DNA from: Ptychomitrium polyphyllum | Lineage: Eukaryota | Length of the DNA stretch: 64,000 bases | Reading direction: 5' to 3' | Assembly (NCBI GenBank): GCA_973851085.1 | Contig: OZ316776.1 | Span: 14,880,001-14,944,000, forward strand | In this document: positions 36,401-48,974 of the stretch, piece by piece | Layout: each line of letters starts with the position of its first letter | Numbering within the stretch: the first letter of the stretch is position 1 | The notes under the pieces: generated by a model | The model's database searches: none | Seen by the model: only the letters and a program-made list of their open reading frames with translations | What the model was told of the DNA's origin: nothing | Made by a program: the position numbers and the translations under genes

Positions 36401-39400
36401 ACCTTAGAACTTCATCTTTGAAAGGTTTTAGGTTATAACTTATATTGTAACTTTGTAGAGTCCAAAATCTTAGTCTTTCAACTTGTTATTGGATAATTTG
36501 TCCTTTAGCCATCAAAATAATATTAAATATGTAATTATATTATTACTTTTTTAATGAATAATTTTTATTTAGTCTTAATTTAATTTTTTTATAAATATTT
36601 TGAGTACTATGAATTATTAGACAAATCATATTTGTAAGGCATTTAAAATATATAACTCTCAACATGGTACTTAAAATTAAAAAAAGATTATTTTTTAAAT
36701 TTCATTTTATTAAAGCTATCATTTTTAGCTTTTTGATTTAGCTTCAATTAATGCATTCATTAAAACAACTCAACAAAAGTTACATAATAATAATTTATTT
36801 TTGAATTTCTAAAATTGTCCATATTATGTTCCTAAATGTGTTTAGTTACATTTAATTATCATAGAGAGGTCTATGGCTAATAAGTTTATGATTTTAGGTA
36901 ACTTGTTTCTTTAAAATTCAAAAAATCATTCATAATTCTTCAATTTTTTAGTTCAAAATTTTAATTGCTTCCATGTTTGAAAATATTTTTGACAAATATT
37001 TCATAAATTTATTTTATTTGCAAATGTTCTTTACAAATGTTCCATATGCTATTGCAAAAAATCATCAAAAACTTACTACAATAAGTATTTTTAAATATGA
37101 ATATGAATGAAGCATTCATCACATTAATGGTGTATTAATAACCTCCATAGCTTATTTTTAAAGAAGATTCTTAAAAAGCATGATTATTATAGGGCTAAAA
37201 ACATCTCCAAAGCACATACAAAGAATGTTAAAAATAATCTTTTTAATTAAATAGGTTAATACTTGGAAATTCCACCATTCAAAGAATATCAAAAAGTTAC
37301 ACAAAATAAGCATAAAATATTATGTTTGAACATTGGATTTACACCTTTTGCAATCATGCTAATGCAAGAAATTTTTAAAAGTAATCAAATCCTCGGATTT
37401 GAACATAATTGAATAGAATTGACATCAAATCATATAAATTTTTGAAGTTAACATTGCTCAATTATATACAATTCAAAGGATTTAATAACCTTTTCAAACT
37501 CCATACATTAACATGATTGCAAGCAATGTAGATTTGTTATCTAATGTTCAAATCTATAATTTTTGTACCTACTCTAAGTGATCTTTTAATGTTTATCTAA
37601 TAATGATATTTCCAAGTACTAATTCCTTGTGAACAAAAAATCCAATCTACATGTTGGTGCCAGCGTTGGAAATGGTTTAGTCCTTCAGTCTCTAAATTTA
37701 GTTTTATAAGTTTATCAACCTGTGACTTCAATGAAATAATTGGTTTCACGTTCAAATTTACAAACTTTATTCGAAACAGTCAGACAGGTTGGCCGTAATA
37801 GATATACACGTAACCCGTTTTCATATTTACTAAATGATAAATAATCATAAGTATAAAGTATACTGGTATTAAATTCGTATGTACAGGAAATGAATTGTTG
37901 AAAGATAAGCCATGATTTGAGTACCTATCATTTCAATAAATTCTCAATCCGGGACGAGTTAGGGTACTTTGTTTGTAAAATAATTAAATGAGAAGTAGCC
38001 CCGAAATCAATGAGAACCTTGTAGACATGGCATGAATAAAACATCTTCGTGGCACAGCTGCAGTAGACGACAGAATTGTACAAATACGTATTATACGATT
38101 AATGCCGAAACTTCGTGGGGTAGGCAAGAGCGACGCTTAGCAGTGTACAATTATGGTCGTATACCGTGCTTTGTACTCTCTGGCAAATGTAGGTGTACGA
38201 TATTGCTGAAATGGTGGACTCCTCTCTACAACGCCTTTTTTTAAACGAATTGTCCAAAACTGTGGAAATATGAATATTTTACTCAGAAGGTATAACATCG
38301 ACCAGGATACTTGCATTGTTCCCAAATCTGTATACGGTGGCTGATTGAATAGAATACAATTAGAAGCCTTGCCTGTCTAACTCAGTCTGGCGTTGCGATG
38401 CTTCTGTGGAGCATATTTTCGTACTCGTGCTGTGCTGATATATCTTCTTTGGGCTATAAATTGTTTTTTTCTTATCATAAATCACAATCAGAGTCATTAG
38501 TTAGTACATGTAATACGCCAGAATCTAGTTAACAGTAACTAATCTTCGGAACAAGTTTCATTTGCAAAAAGTGACACAGCGTACACTAAAACTTACCTCT
38601 TCTTCTTTTTCTAGTTGCAGTTACAGTGAGTCTAGAAGTGGTGTCAGTATTTGCCGCTATTGGTAGAGGTCACACATAGAATACGCTTGTTACTGTAGTC
38701 ACAGGTCTAGTTAGATTTGTGGTGATTTAAAAACATCAAAAACAAATGATGTAAAACTTGTGGCATCTTATCATACGACCTAAAATTATATTTCCGAGTA
38801 GTTTTAGCACTTATTTAATTCACATGCCCAGAAAAAAAAGTTAAAAATTTTAAAACTTAATTTAAAGCAAATGAATCCTTTCATTTTTAAATGGTTTAAA
38901 AGAAGCCTTAGATTTAAAATTTACTTTTTAAAAATTTATTGTATAAAAAATATTTTGTCAAAATACCCATCACTATCCGTTGAGTTGCCTTATATCATCA
39001 TGTTACTATTGTAACACCTAGCTACTATCCGTTGCAATATCTGTCATTAAATCATAATATTTAATATGTAATATTTAATATATCTATTCTACTTGTCAAA
39101 TGTTGGTGCATTGTAATCCTATATCAAAGGGTGAAATACAACAAACTCCAATGGCAAATAGCTTAGTGGATGTAGGAAGCAAGTAATCAACAAAGATTAT
39201 TGATAATTGGATTGTGAAATAAATAATCAACTAATTTTGGAAGAAATTTCAATAATTTTCATGTAAACACAAATTTATCCTATCAAAACTTATACTAAGT
39301 GGCAACTTAAAATTATTGATAAAAAAAAGTCACACTTTCTCAACAAAGAGATATACAAAATATAAACTTTTATCTCATTATCAATAATATCACCTAAATT

Positions 39401-42067
39401 TAGAATCTTAACCAATTTTGCAAAGTTTGATTTTTCCTTTTCAATTACAATTGGAAATAAAGGTTTAAAATAAACACATAGTTTTATCTAATAAAATAGA
39501 AATTTCAAATGATAAAGTCAATTGTATAGTATAAAATTTTCTATAATATTTATAAATTGAGGATTTAAGAATAAACACATAAGAAGATCTTATCAAGCAC
39601 ATTCATTGTTTGGCATATGTTGTCAAGAATAAAATATTATTATTACATCAAATAGGGGTACTAGATTGTTCTGTACTAATTTCATGTCATTCCACACCAT
39701 TTATTTTTGCTGATTATGATTTTGAGAATTTTTACAATGCTTCCATATATTATTATTGTGCATATGTCATCACCATATGCATGTTGAGAATGATCTCAGT
39801 AGTAAGTAATACTAAAGGCAAAATGGTTTAATAAGCAATTTAATAGCCCTGTTTTGTTACTTATTTGGTTTATTGCTTTTCTAAGTGTAAAATCAAATAC
39901 TTACACTAAAAGAATTTGATACTAATTAAAACTAAGATATCTAAGCATCACAATTACCTTGAGAATTTAAGTCAGTGTCACGGAAACACTCTTTAAATTA
40001 AAAATATAATAGTCACATAGCAAGGTTGCTCCAAATTGTTCCAATTTTTTTTTAATATTGGATAATTAAGAAAGCAAAATTGAAAGTAAAGTAGAGTTGC
40101 TTTTTGGGCAGATGACTGTGCTATGTGACTATGCTAGTAGAAATTGCAGGGAGTTTCTGAAATACTGATCCAATTCATAGTGCACAATATGTGGACATGC
40201 AGTTTGATGTGCATTGGGTTATTTGAAACAACACTGTTAAACTTCAAAAAAGTAATATGCATCATGTTGAATTGGATTTGAAGGAAAAGTCATACTTAAT
40301 GATGGTTAAAATTCTCACCAAATTGGAAGAAGCCATCACAAAAATTATTCACAAAGCTTGTACCTGTGTGTGTGAACAGGCCTGTACCAGTATAGGTAGA
40401 TTATCTTTGTTGCACTGTAGATTATATAAAGTCAATAGATAAGTAGGTTATAAATCAAATAATATATTTTGTACTGATTGCGATGTACATGTGATCACCT
40501 TCATAGCCCTCTGGACATAATTTGTCATCTCAAAGGTAGTATTTGAGTGGTTGCACATCTGAACCACATGAACATTTGAAAATATGATCATTTCAACCTG
40601 TACTGATTAATCTCAGGTCCAACAGATGCAATTCCAACTTCAAAGCTCATGCCCATAACCTTAACACCTAATTTTTGAGGATTTGATTGAAAATTCATCA
40701 TATATACAGGAAGAGTTAGTTTAAGGAAGTCCTTGTGGTTCCACAAAGGTTGTAGGAACAAAATTTACTTTTACAGTGTCCACTAGTAAGATGTTCACAC
40801 CCCAGAGTACAAGCATGCTTACTAGGCTGAAGCTGAACCAATTGTAGCAAAGTTTATGTCATGTCACCTGCTCATGCATACAGGGATAATTCTCTTATTC
40901 CCTTTAAAAAATCGAATAAAAGGAGATCATTGCAAAAGGAAGCCCAAGCTGTTACATATGGGGTGAAACCACATCGAGACGGCATCCTGAATCAATTCCA
41001 AATGTGTTGTCGGAGATGTTCAAATTTACTCACACATAATTATCTTCACATGAAGACAGCGTACTGCCAACAAGACAGCGTACTGTAAACAGGCAGTATA
41101 GGTTCCCCTAGGAAACTTCTTGTGAAATTAATTTTCCTTAATGTAAAAATTCATAAAAAGATTTCCTAAAAGATTATTTCATTTTTTAGTTGCAACTAAA
41201 GTGCAGCATTGTGGTTTGGTATGGTTAAATGTGATGATAACACCGGTCTCACATGCGTGGGCCTCCTTGACACGGCAAGACCAGTAGGTGGGTAAGTATA
41301 ATCGGAGACATCAGAGCATGGATGGAGATGCTGATCAGAGTGATAATTTTGTAATGTGCAGGGTCTGCACCATCCCTTTGGTGTCAATCTTGTCTCCATC
41401 CAAGAGAGCTTGAAAGGGCTGTAGAAGGCTCTGCCTACCGTTCCTAGCCCCATCCGTCGCCTGAAGGGGCCAGCACTGGCTGAGCGGAGGAACTGTGAAT
41501 CTGTGATAAAGTCAGGGGTTATTATTTGATCCCCACGGGGGCTTCTGCCCATCAGAGCAAAGCATGCAATAATGCAGTTTTCCTTACACTGCCCCTTCCA
41601 GTGAGAGTACCTTCGTGTCACTGCTTTATGATGGATGGTAAGTTAGCATAGCCTTTTCCAGCAATATCAGTACTGCGGTGGAGATGGATCAGTTGCAGGC
41701 CTCTGATGTCTACTGCATGGGTGATTAGAAATGTTGACATCAGGAGTCTCTAGTGCACTGGACAAAGATGACAATCAATTCACTTATTTGATAGCAAGAA
41801 CTGCCATCACCTCATTGAAACATTGCTGTGACGGTGATTAACCTGCCCTAAAGGGCCCCATTCTTCTCCATTTTATCAGGAACTGGACATTGATTACATG
41901 TATTTAATGTACACTGGGACAGCCCATTACAACCAAAAATGAGGAATGCTCCCTTTTGCAAACATTGTATAAATTTGAAATATTTTTTTGGTAAATAGAA
42001 AATGAGGTTTGAGGCCTACTGCAACAAGGATCAATATATTTTTATAAATTTGAATTACTTAGGAATT

Positions 42068-42350
42068 TATAAGGGGAATTTTGCAAAAAGCTAAATCCAC
42101 CATTATAGCAGTCCATTAACCACCACCTAATGAGCTCATAGCCACCTATATCTTATCTATAAACCACCATGCACCAAGCCTATATTCATTGCATATTTTT
42201 TTTACCAAAACTACTACTAATTTTGCATCCTTTCTATTACTACACTATGTGATCCCATATGCACTCATTTTCAAACCATTGCCACCATTCATCAATCACC
42301 ACTAATAACAAGACTTTGGAGTTAATAACAATTTACATGGTGGTTTTTGG
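42068..42350 (+). repeat. Dispersed repeat; copy 2
   Basis: Same-orientation diverged homolog of 1560-1870; near its start it reads GGGGAATTTTGCAAAAAG. Confidence 0.6.
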
Positions 42351-43156
42351 TATCTCATTAATTATTAATTATTACTAAAATAAAAGGTGGTAATAATTAA
42401 TTCACTGCATATCATAGTTTTGCGAATGTTGATATTTTGAAAAAATAATCAATCATTAAATTTTAAGTGTGAAACAAATACATGATCTCATTTTTGAAAA
42501 TTTGATCTTGAGATGTAGCCAACAAATACAATTCCAAAAGGACAATAAGCCCCATGTTCCTTTAAGGTTATGAATTGTACTTCTACTACAACCATTTATC
42601 CTCTTTTCATTTATCCTAATAGCATTACGTAAAATAAATTGTATACATCTTTTATACTTTGAACAAGATAAGCACAAAGTAAAACATATTAAATAAGTTT
42701 GAAAATATTTTGATTCCTTTGAGACTTTTAGATATTAGATAGTGGCACAATAAAACAAGCCATTGGTAGCATGTCTTTTAGAAAAAGATTAGCTTTTTTC
42801 TCATCTTAGTTCATTTTTACTTCAATTTCTTATATATATTTTAAGATTTACTGCAATAAATTTCAGAAAAAAAACATAATGTCCACATCTTAATAGATGT
42901 ATTTAAAATTTGAATTTAAAAAAAAATGTGGCTTGAAAATATTATTGAATGATATATGAAAATCTTAAGAATTTTTTTTAAATGACGTATTTTTGATAAA
43001 ATTGTAGCTTGATGTTATTTGCTTCAATTATTGAGGTACAAAAAATAAACTAATAATCTCATTGATATTAGTATGAACAAGAATTTTGTACCATCTAAAA
43101 AATTGTATTTGTGCTTGCGAACATTGATGTTAAGATAATATTATTTAGATGGTTGG

Positions 43157-43832
43157 TGTTAGGGACACAAGAAACAAGAAGCAGAAACGAAGTGTTTCCC
43201 AAGAATTAGCTTCCAAAGAGCTAATGATTAACAAGAATTTGATACAAAGACTAGAACAAGGCAGGATTTAAGATGATACACAGCTTGTGTTGGCAAGACT
43301 AAGGAATACCTTGTATTGCCTCCTATTTATATTATGATGTTTGTATCACCTATAACACTTCTAAAAAAGCTTCCTATAAGGTTCAACAAAGGTTTTGGAA
43401 GTCTAAGGAACCTTTCCAAGAAGTTTCCTAAAATATTGGAACCTTCCTAAGAAACTTCCAAGGAGTTGGAATCTTCCTTAGAAGTTTCCTAAGGTAGCGG
43501 AATCTTCTTAGGAAGTTTCCTAAAGAGGTAGAACCTTCCTATAAAATTTCATAAGGTGGTACAACTTTCCTAGGAAGCTTCCAAAGATGATGGAACCTTC
43601 CTAGGAAGTTTCTTAAGGTGATGGAATTTTTGTAGGAAGTTTTCTAAGAAGTTACCTAAGATGATAGAACCTTCCTAGGAAGTTTCCTAAGATGGAAGAA
43701 CTTTCCTAGAAAGCTTCTTAAGAACATGGAAAGGCTATGGAGACATTTATAAGTATTCTAATAAGCTATTATAGTATACTAAAAGGTTCTAGAATGTTCT
43801 AAGGACTTGTTGCATGATCTATGTTTGCGACA
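43157..43832 (-). mobile_element. Solo LTR of an LTR retrotransposon (676 bp), 5-bp TSD GTTGG
   Basis: TG...CA termini (tgttagggacac...tttgcgaca) flanked on both sides by GTTGG (43152-43156, 43833-43837). TATAAATAGGAGG lies on the minus strand at ~43319-43331, and there is an internal ~31-bp repeat array. It is the reverse-complement homolog of 48420-48974. Confidence 0.9.
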
Positions 43833-46800
43833 GTTGGTATAAACACAAGTATATAGGATACTTGGAATATCTAATCTAATAGATTGTTGGAGATAAAAAA
43901 TTCTTATTTAAATTAATATATTTAATTCCATTCAACAAAAAAACTCGGTTATTTTCTATATAAAATAATAACTTATTGACATCTTAAATTGAATTTTTGG
44001 TGCATTACAAAGCTTATAATGGAGATACTAGTGCATTACAATTAATTATTTAACAAAAAAAAACTAGAACATTTAAATATTTTATATATGCTAATTAAAG
44101 ACATGCAAAAAAAATTCATGAAGTACATTATCAATCCTTTATTTATAAATATTGTTTTAAAAGAAAATCAACGAGCTTATTTTAAGTTTTTAGATTTTAA
44201 TTCATTTAAAAAATTGACACTTTTAAAAGTTTATTACTTTAATACCAAATCAAACATTTAATATATTAATTTAATAGCATTCATTTGTAAATTGTACTTT
44301 AAATGTTGATTTGTACAATCTTCTTCAAAAAAATGAATATTATCAACATTTGCAAGTATTTTGTACTTATTTTCTTAGAAATAAAAAATGCTTAACTCAA
44401 TGCCTATTCTTTTAATTTAAAAATCAAATCAAATTTGAAAAATCAATTTAATTTTCTTTTAACATTTTAAAGTTTTATCTTCAATACAATTATCTATTTT
44501 TGTATTTGAAATGCAATTTAGACTAAATATCAAAGTATTAGAAGAATTTCAAAAAACATTAAAATTTTACAATTTATAGAATTCAACAATAACTTTTAGG
44601 AAGAAATAAATTATAAATCTCATAAATATTAAGAACAGACATTTTGCAGAAATTGATAATGGATGGTATATGTAGCTAGAAAAAGATATGAGAAAACAAC
44701 ATAAAAAATAATTAGGCACATATTGAAGGATGAGGTGCCAAAAGATACAAAAATTATGCCTTGTAATTTAATTTTGAATATAAATAAGATTGAAAAGGAA
44801 AACATAATGAATTGGAATCAACTTTCATGTTTGCAAAGTTTGGCATAATGGAAGATATAATAAGAAAATAGAACCCTAGTTCTTATTGGAAAGAGATTTA
44901 ATATAAAATTAAACAAAAGAATCCATTAGTTGGTAAACTTGTTCATTGGCTACTCTCTTTTTTCTATCAATTTTTAGGTAGAAATATGTTTTGTAACTGA
45001 AGTGTTCATCATGACCATTCAATTATGTGAATACTTATTTTTATTGAATATTCATGGTGAATACTTCAGTTACAGATATTTATACAAGTCCTTCCAAATG
45101 GATAGCATCAATATCTTTTCTCGAAGTAAAAGTTTTCATGTTGCATTAAAAATTATAACATTTTGTAAATAGCTTGTGTGTTTAGTACTAAATCACACCT
45201 TGAGTGTAGAATGTCACCAATATTGGAATACATTAAAATGAGATCTGTAAAAGGGATCTTCACTCCTATCACCTCATTGCATTTCCAAATAACAATCAAA
45301 GTCTCACATATGAGGGCAATTGCTCAAACTGTCCGAAATAGGGTCCCCTACCTCACTGCATTTCCCAAGCCAGAGTCCACACCTATGTCATGTGAATTCA
45401 ACCATACCCCATTTTGAATTTTGTGAATGATGTATTTTCTTCTCTGATGTCAACATGTCAACACCAACCCTGATGAACAAGGACTGGAGTAGTTCACATT
45501 CATCCTTCACCAGCCGGCTTGACACCTAACTTTTCCAATTTTCTGTACCTCACTAAATACCATAATAGGGAACCTCAGTTCTTACATCTACTGCAAATGC
45601 CCCAAAAATAGTTTAATCTCGGAGCAAGATGGATTTAATCTTTTTCTGACTCTTTTTTTAAGATAGCAAAGATGGATTTGGCAACAGCATACGAGGTTTG
45701 TCTGTTCTGTCTTCAATAAGTAACTTCATTTTGTTTTATTTAATTTATAGCTACTTTTAAGTATTGATGATATTTTATTTAATTTGGAAAATTATTTTAA
45801 AGACCCTTCTTTTCTGAACTGCTAAAACAACTTAGCATAAACTAATAATCTCATTTTTAACTGGTCTAGAATAGTTTGATTTGTATTGCATAAATTGTGG
45901 CAAGGAATACTTGAATGGATGGTGAATGAAGTTGAATATGAACGACAGAAATGCTTGATTCCATTCATGACCCAAATCTAAATGCTCTAATCCTTGGGAG
46001 TTATTGCCCACTTTCACTGTTCACTTCCTGGCTCAGGCTTGGGATCCTGATTTTCATTATGTATGTTTTTAAAAACTAAAAACTAAAAATAAAAAATGGT
46101 TTAAAGAAAAAAACTTGAAAAAAAACCCTTCGACTGAAATGAATACCATTTAAAGGAAAAAGAAGAAGTAAATGTTGTAGCAATGGAGTAAATATCATAG
46201 CAAAATGCTGCAGAGAGGTTTCTGGAGGTTTTGGCATTGAAAAGTTATAAGGTATTTTTGTATAGCAGAAAAGAAGATTATGTCATCAAATTTAGAATTT
46301 CAAATCGTTCCTTTTAAATTCACTATTTATGTATAAAAAATATGACATTCATACATTAAAGTAGAATTTTTGTTTTTTTTTTGTTGTAGGAAAGTATATT
46401 GAATCTCTCAAATTGTGTGGTTGATGAAGATGGAAGTTTTTAACAAGAGAAGGCTCACACTAGTGGTCTCACAAGCTTTAAAACTATGGTGTAAAACTAT
46501 GGTCTAGCCAAAACTTTAATTAAAAAAATTGGAACATTTAAAAATTTCAAACTTTGAAGATTTTTCTACAAGTTTGCATTACAAAGCAACTACATGAAAC
46601 ATATCATTCTAATAAACTTATAATTTCTTGATTTTTTTCTAAAATAATTTTATTCTCTTTTCCATATTTCTGAGATGATATCAACATTTGAAATTTAAGA
46701 ATAAATTATAATTTCAATGAATTTCAATGAAGTCTTAGTTTAATCAATTTTATTGTACTCTAAATAGGGGCATTAGATTGCATCATACTATCCAAATAAT

Positions 46801-48419
46801 GTATCATTTGAAAAATCAACATAATGCTATCTAAGAACTGTGTTTTGTTTATTGTAGATGGTTTGGGGCCTAATGACAAAGGACTGGCGCACCAATGATG
46901 TTAAAGCACATGAGTTTCTAAATGTTTTAAATTTTTGTTTTGTTTGTTTGATTGAAGATATCGGAGTTTGAGTTTAAGAAAATTATACGTTATGAGTCAT
47001 GTCAGAGGGCCAGTTTGAGGTCACCTAAAAACAGAAGCACAGAAATCAAACAATGCTCCCATCCAGGCGCCCAACCCTTGTTCATCGAGGGCTCTATTTT
47101 CTAACAAAGTTCTGTCCAACCTGAAAAGCAACTCCACAAAGCTTCCAGTCAGCTTTTTGGAGCCTTCAGTCTCTTCTGCTCGTAATTAGAGAAAAAGAAA
47201 AAGCATTGAAAAAACAATGAAACATAAAACATAAAACATAAAACATAAAATAAATTAATCAAAATCAAATAAAATCAGTGTGTACTTAAGAAGACACAAG
47301 TGCGAAATTTTCCACTGTTCAAATGTTGCTCACAAGGATCATTTCATAGATTCTTTTTTGCATTTTGTAAATTGTCTAATGGTGGTTCTTGAAATGTGAT
47401 GGTTGGAACTGCAGAAAATCATAATAAGTTAAGAAATTGAGAAATTGATAACATATTTGTAACATGTTTTGCATTGATTTTTCAACAGCTTTATTGAGCT
47501 TTTGGAACTTTCTTATTCACCTTCAAGTCTGCCTATGTCGCTTTCTTGTGCTGTTTTCATTTTGTTCATGTTCAAATTTTTTGCTCAAATTACTGTTAGT
47601 AAAAACCATTTGATAGTTCAAATTAAGTCAAATGTTGTATTTTGGCTAGTATTTGATTCCAAATGCAAAGATGCTCATAAAGAAACATTATAGCATTTGT
47701 AATGTAGTTTATAGTCCACTGAAAAGTGTTAAAATTGCAAGAGTAATTACATCTTTCAAGTTCAAAATCTTAAAAAGTCAACAAATATTAAAAAAACCCT
47801 ATTTAAAAAGATTTGTTCTTGTTTTCCAATTGACTCTTTTTATAAGTGCAATGAGCATGCTAACTTCACCATGATTTTTACTATAACTATCTTTAAAAAT
47901 GCTTAACAAAATCATAGTACATTGAATTTTGTTAATTATTATGATTTTCAATGAAACCTCTTTTTAAAATCATAAAAACTTCAATGTCTAACATATAATT
48001 ATGAAAAAATGACATTAAATAAAAGAAACATAATAATCTTGTGAGCAACAAAGAAGAATTTATGGAGAAAATTATAAGATGTGATTTTTTTAAATAAAAT
48101 TTAAGACCATAGGATTAATCTAACCTTTTAATGTTATATTTAGTCTCATTTTTAAAGGATTGATATTTAAACTCTATCGTTGGAATTTGCTACAATTTCA
48201 TCCAATACCAATATTTGTTTGAAAGTATGTCAATTTGCAAGATTTATTTGGTTTTTTGGTCCAATTTTATAGAAATTTTGATTTATTTATTTATTTTGGC
48301 TTATAATATATAATGATTATCATATCTTTCAAATCCTTCTATAAATTTGCTATATATGCTACTAAAAAATTTATGGTGAATGATGAATGGATGACAAATT
48401 AACCTGTAAAGACACTAAC

Positions 48420-48974
48420 TGTCACGGACATAAATCATGCAACATAGTCCTTAGAACATTCTAGAACCTTCTAATATACTATAATAGCTTCTTAGAATAT
48501 TTTTAGATGTCTCCATAGCCTTTTCCAAGTTCTTAAGAAGCTTCCTAGGAAAGTTCCTCCACCTTAAGAAACTTTCAGGGAAGGTTCTATTATCATAGGT
48601 AACTTCATTAGGAAACTTCCCAGGAAGGTTCCGCTACTTTAGGAAACTTCCAAGGAAGGTTCCAACTCCTTGGAAGCTTTTTAGGAAGGTTCAATTATCT
48701 TATGAAACTTCTTGGGAAGGTTCCCTAGATTTCCAAAACCTTTGTTGAACCTTATAGGAAGCTTCTTTAGAAGTATCCTAGGAGATACAAGCGTCATAGT
48801 ATAAATTGGAGGCAAGACAAGGTATTCCTTAGTCTTGCCAATATAAGTTGTGGATCATCTTGAATCCTGCCTTGTTCTAGTCTTTGTATCAAGTTCTTGT
48901 TAATCATTAGCTCTTTGGAAGCTAATTCTTGGAAAACACTTCGTTTCTGCTTCTTGTTTCTTGTGTCCCTAACA
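48420..48974 (+). mobile_element. Solo LTR of the same family (555 bp), 5-bp TSD CTAAC
   Basis: Starts TGTCACGGAC, ends GTGTCCCTAACA, and is flanked by CTAAC (48415-48419, 48975-48979). TATAAATTGGAGG is at 48800-48812, with the same ~31-bp repeats. No PBS, PPT or internal coding sequence was seen adjacent. Confidence 0.9.

Noticed and set aside
43157..48974. One large TIR/foldback element or a full-length LTR retrotransposon
   Set aside because: The repeats are inverted rather than direct, each has its own TG..CA ends and its own TSD, and no gag/pol or transposase is visible between them.
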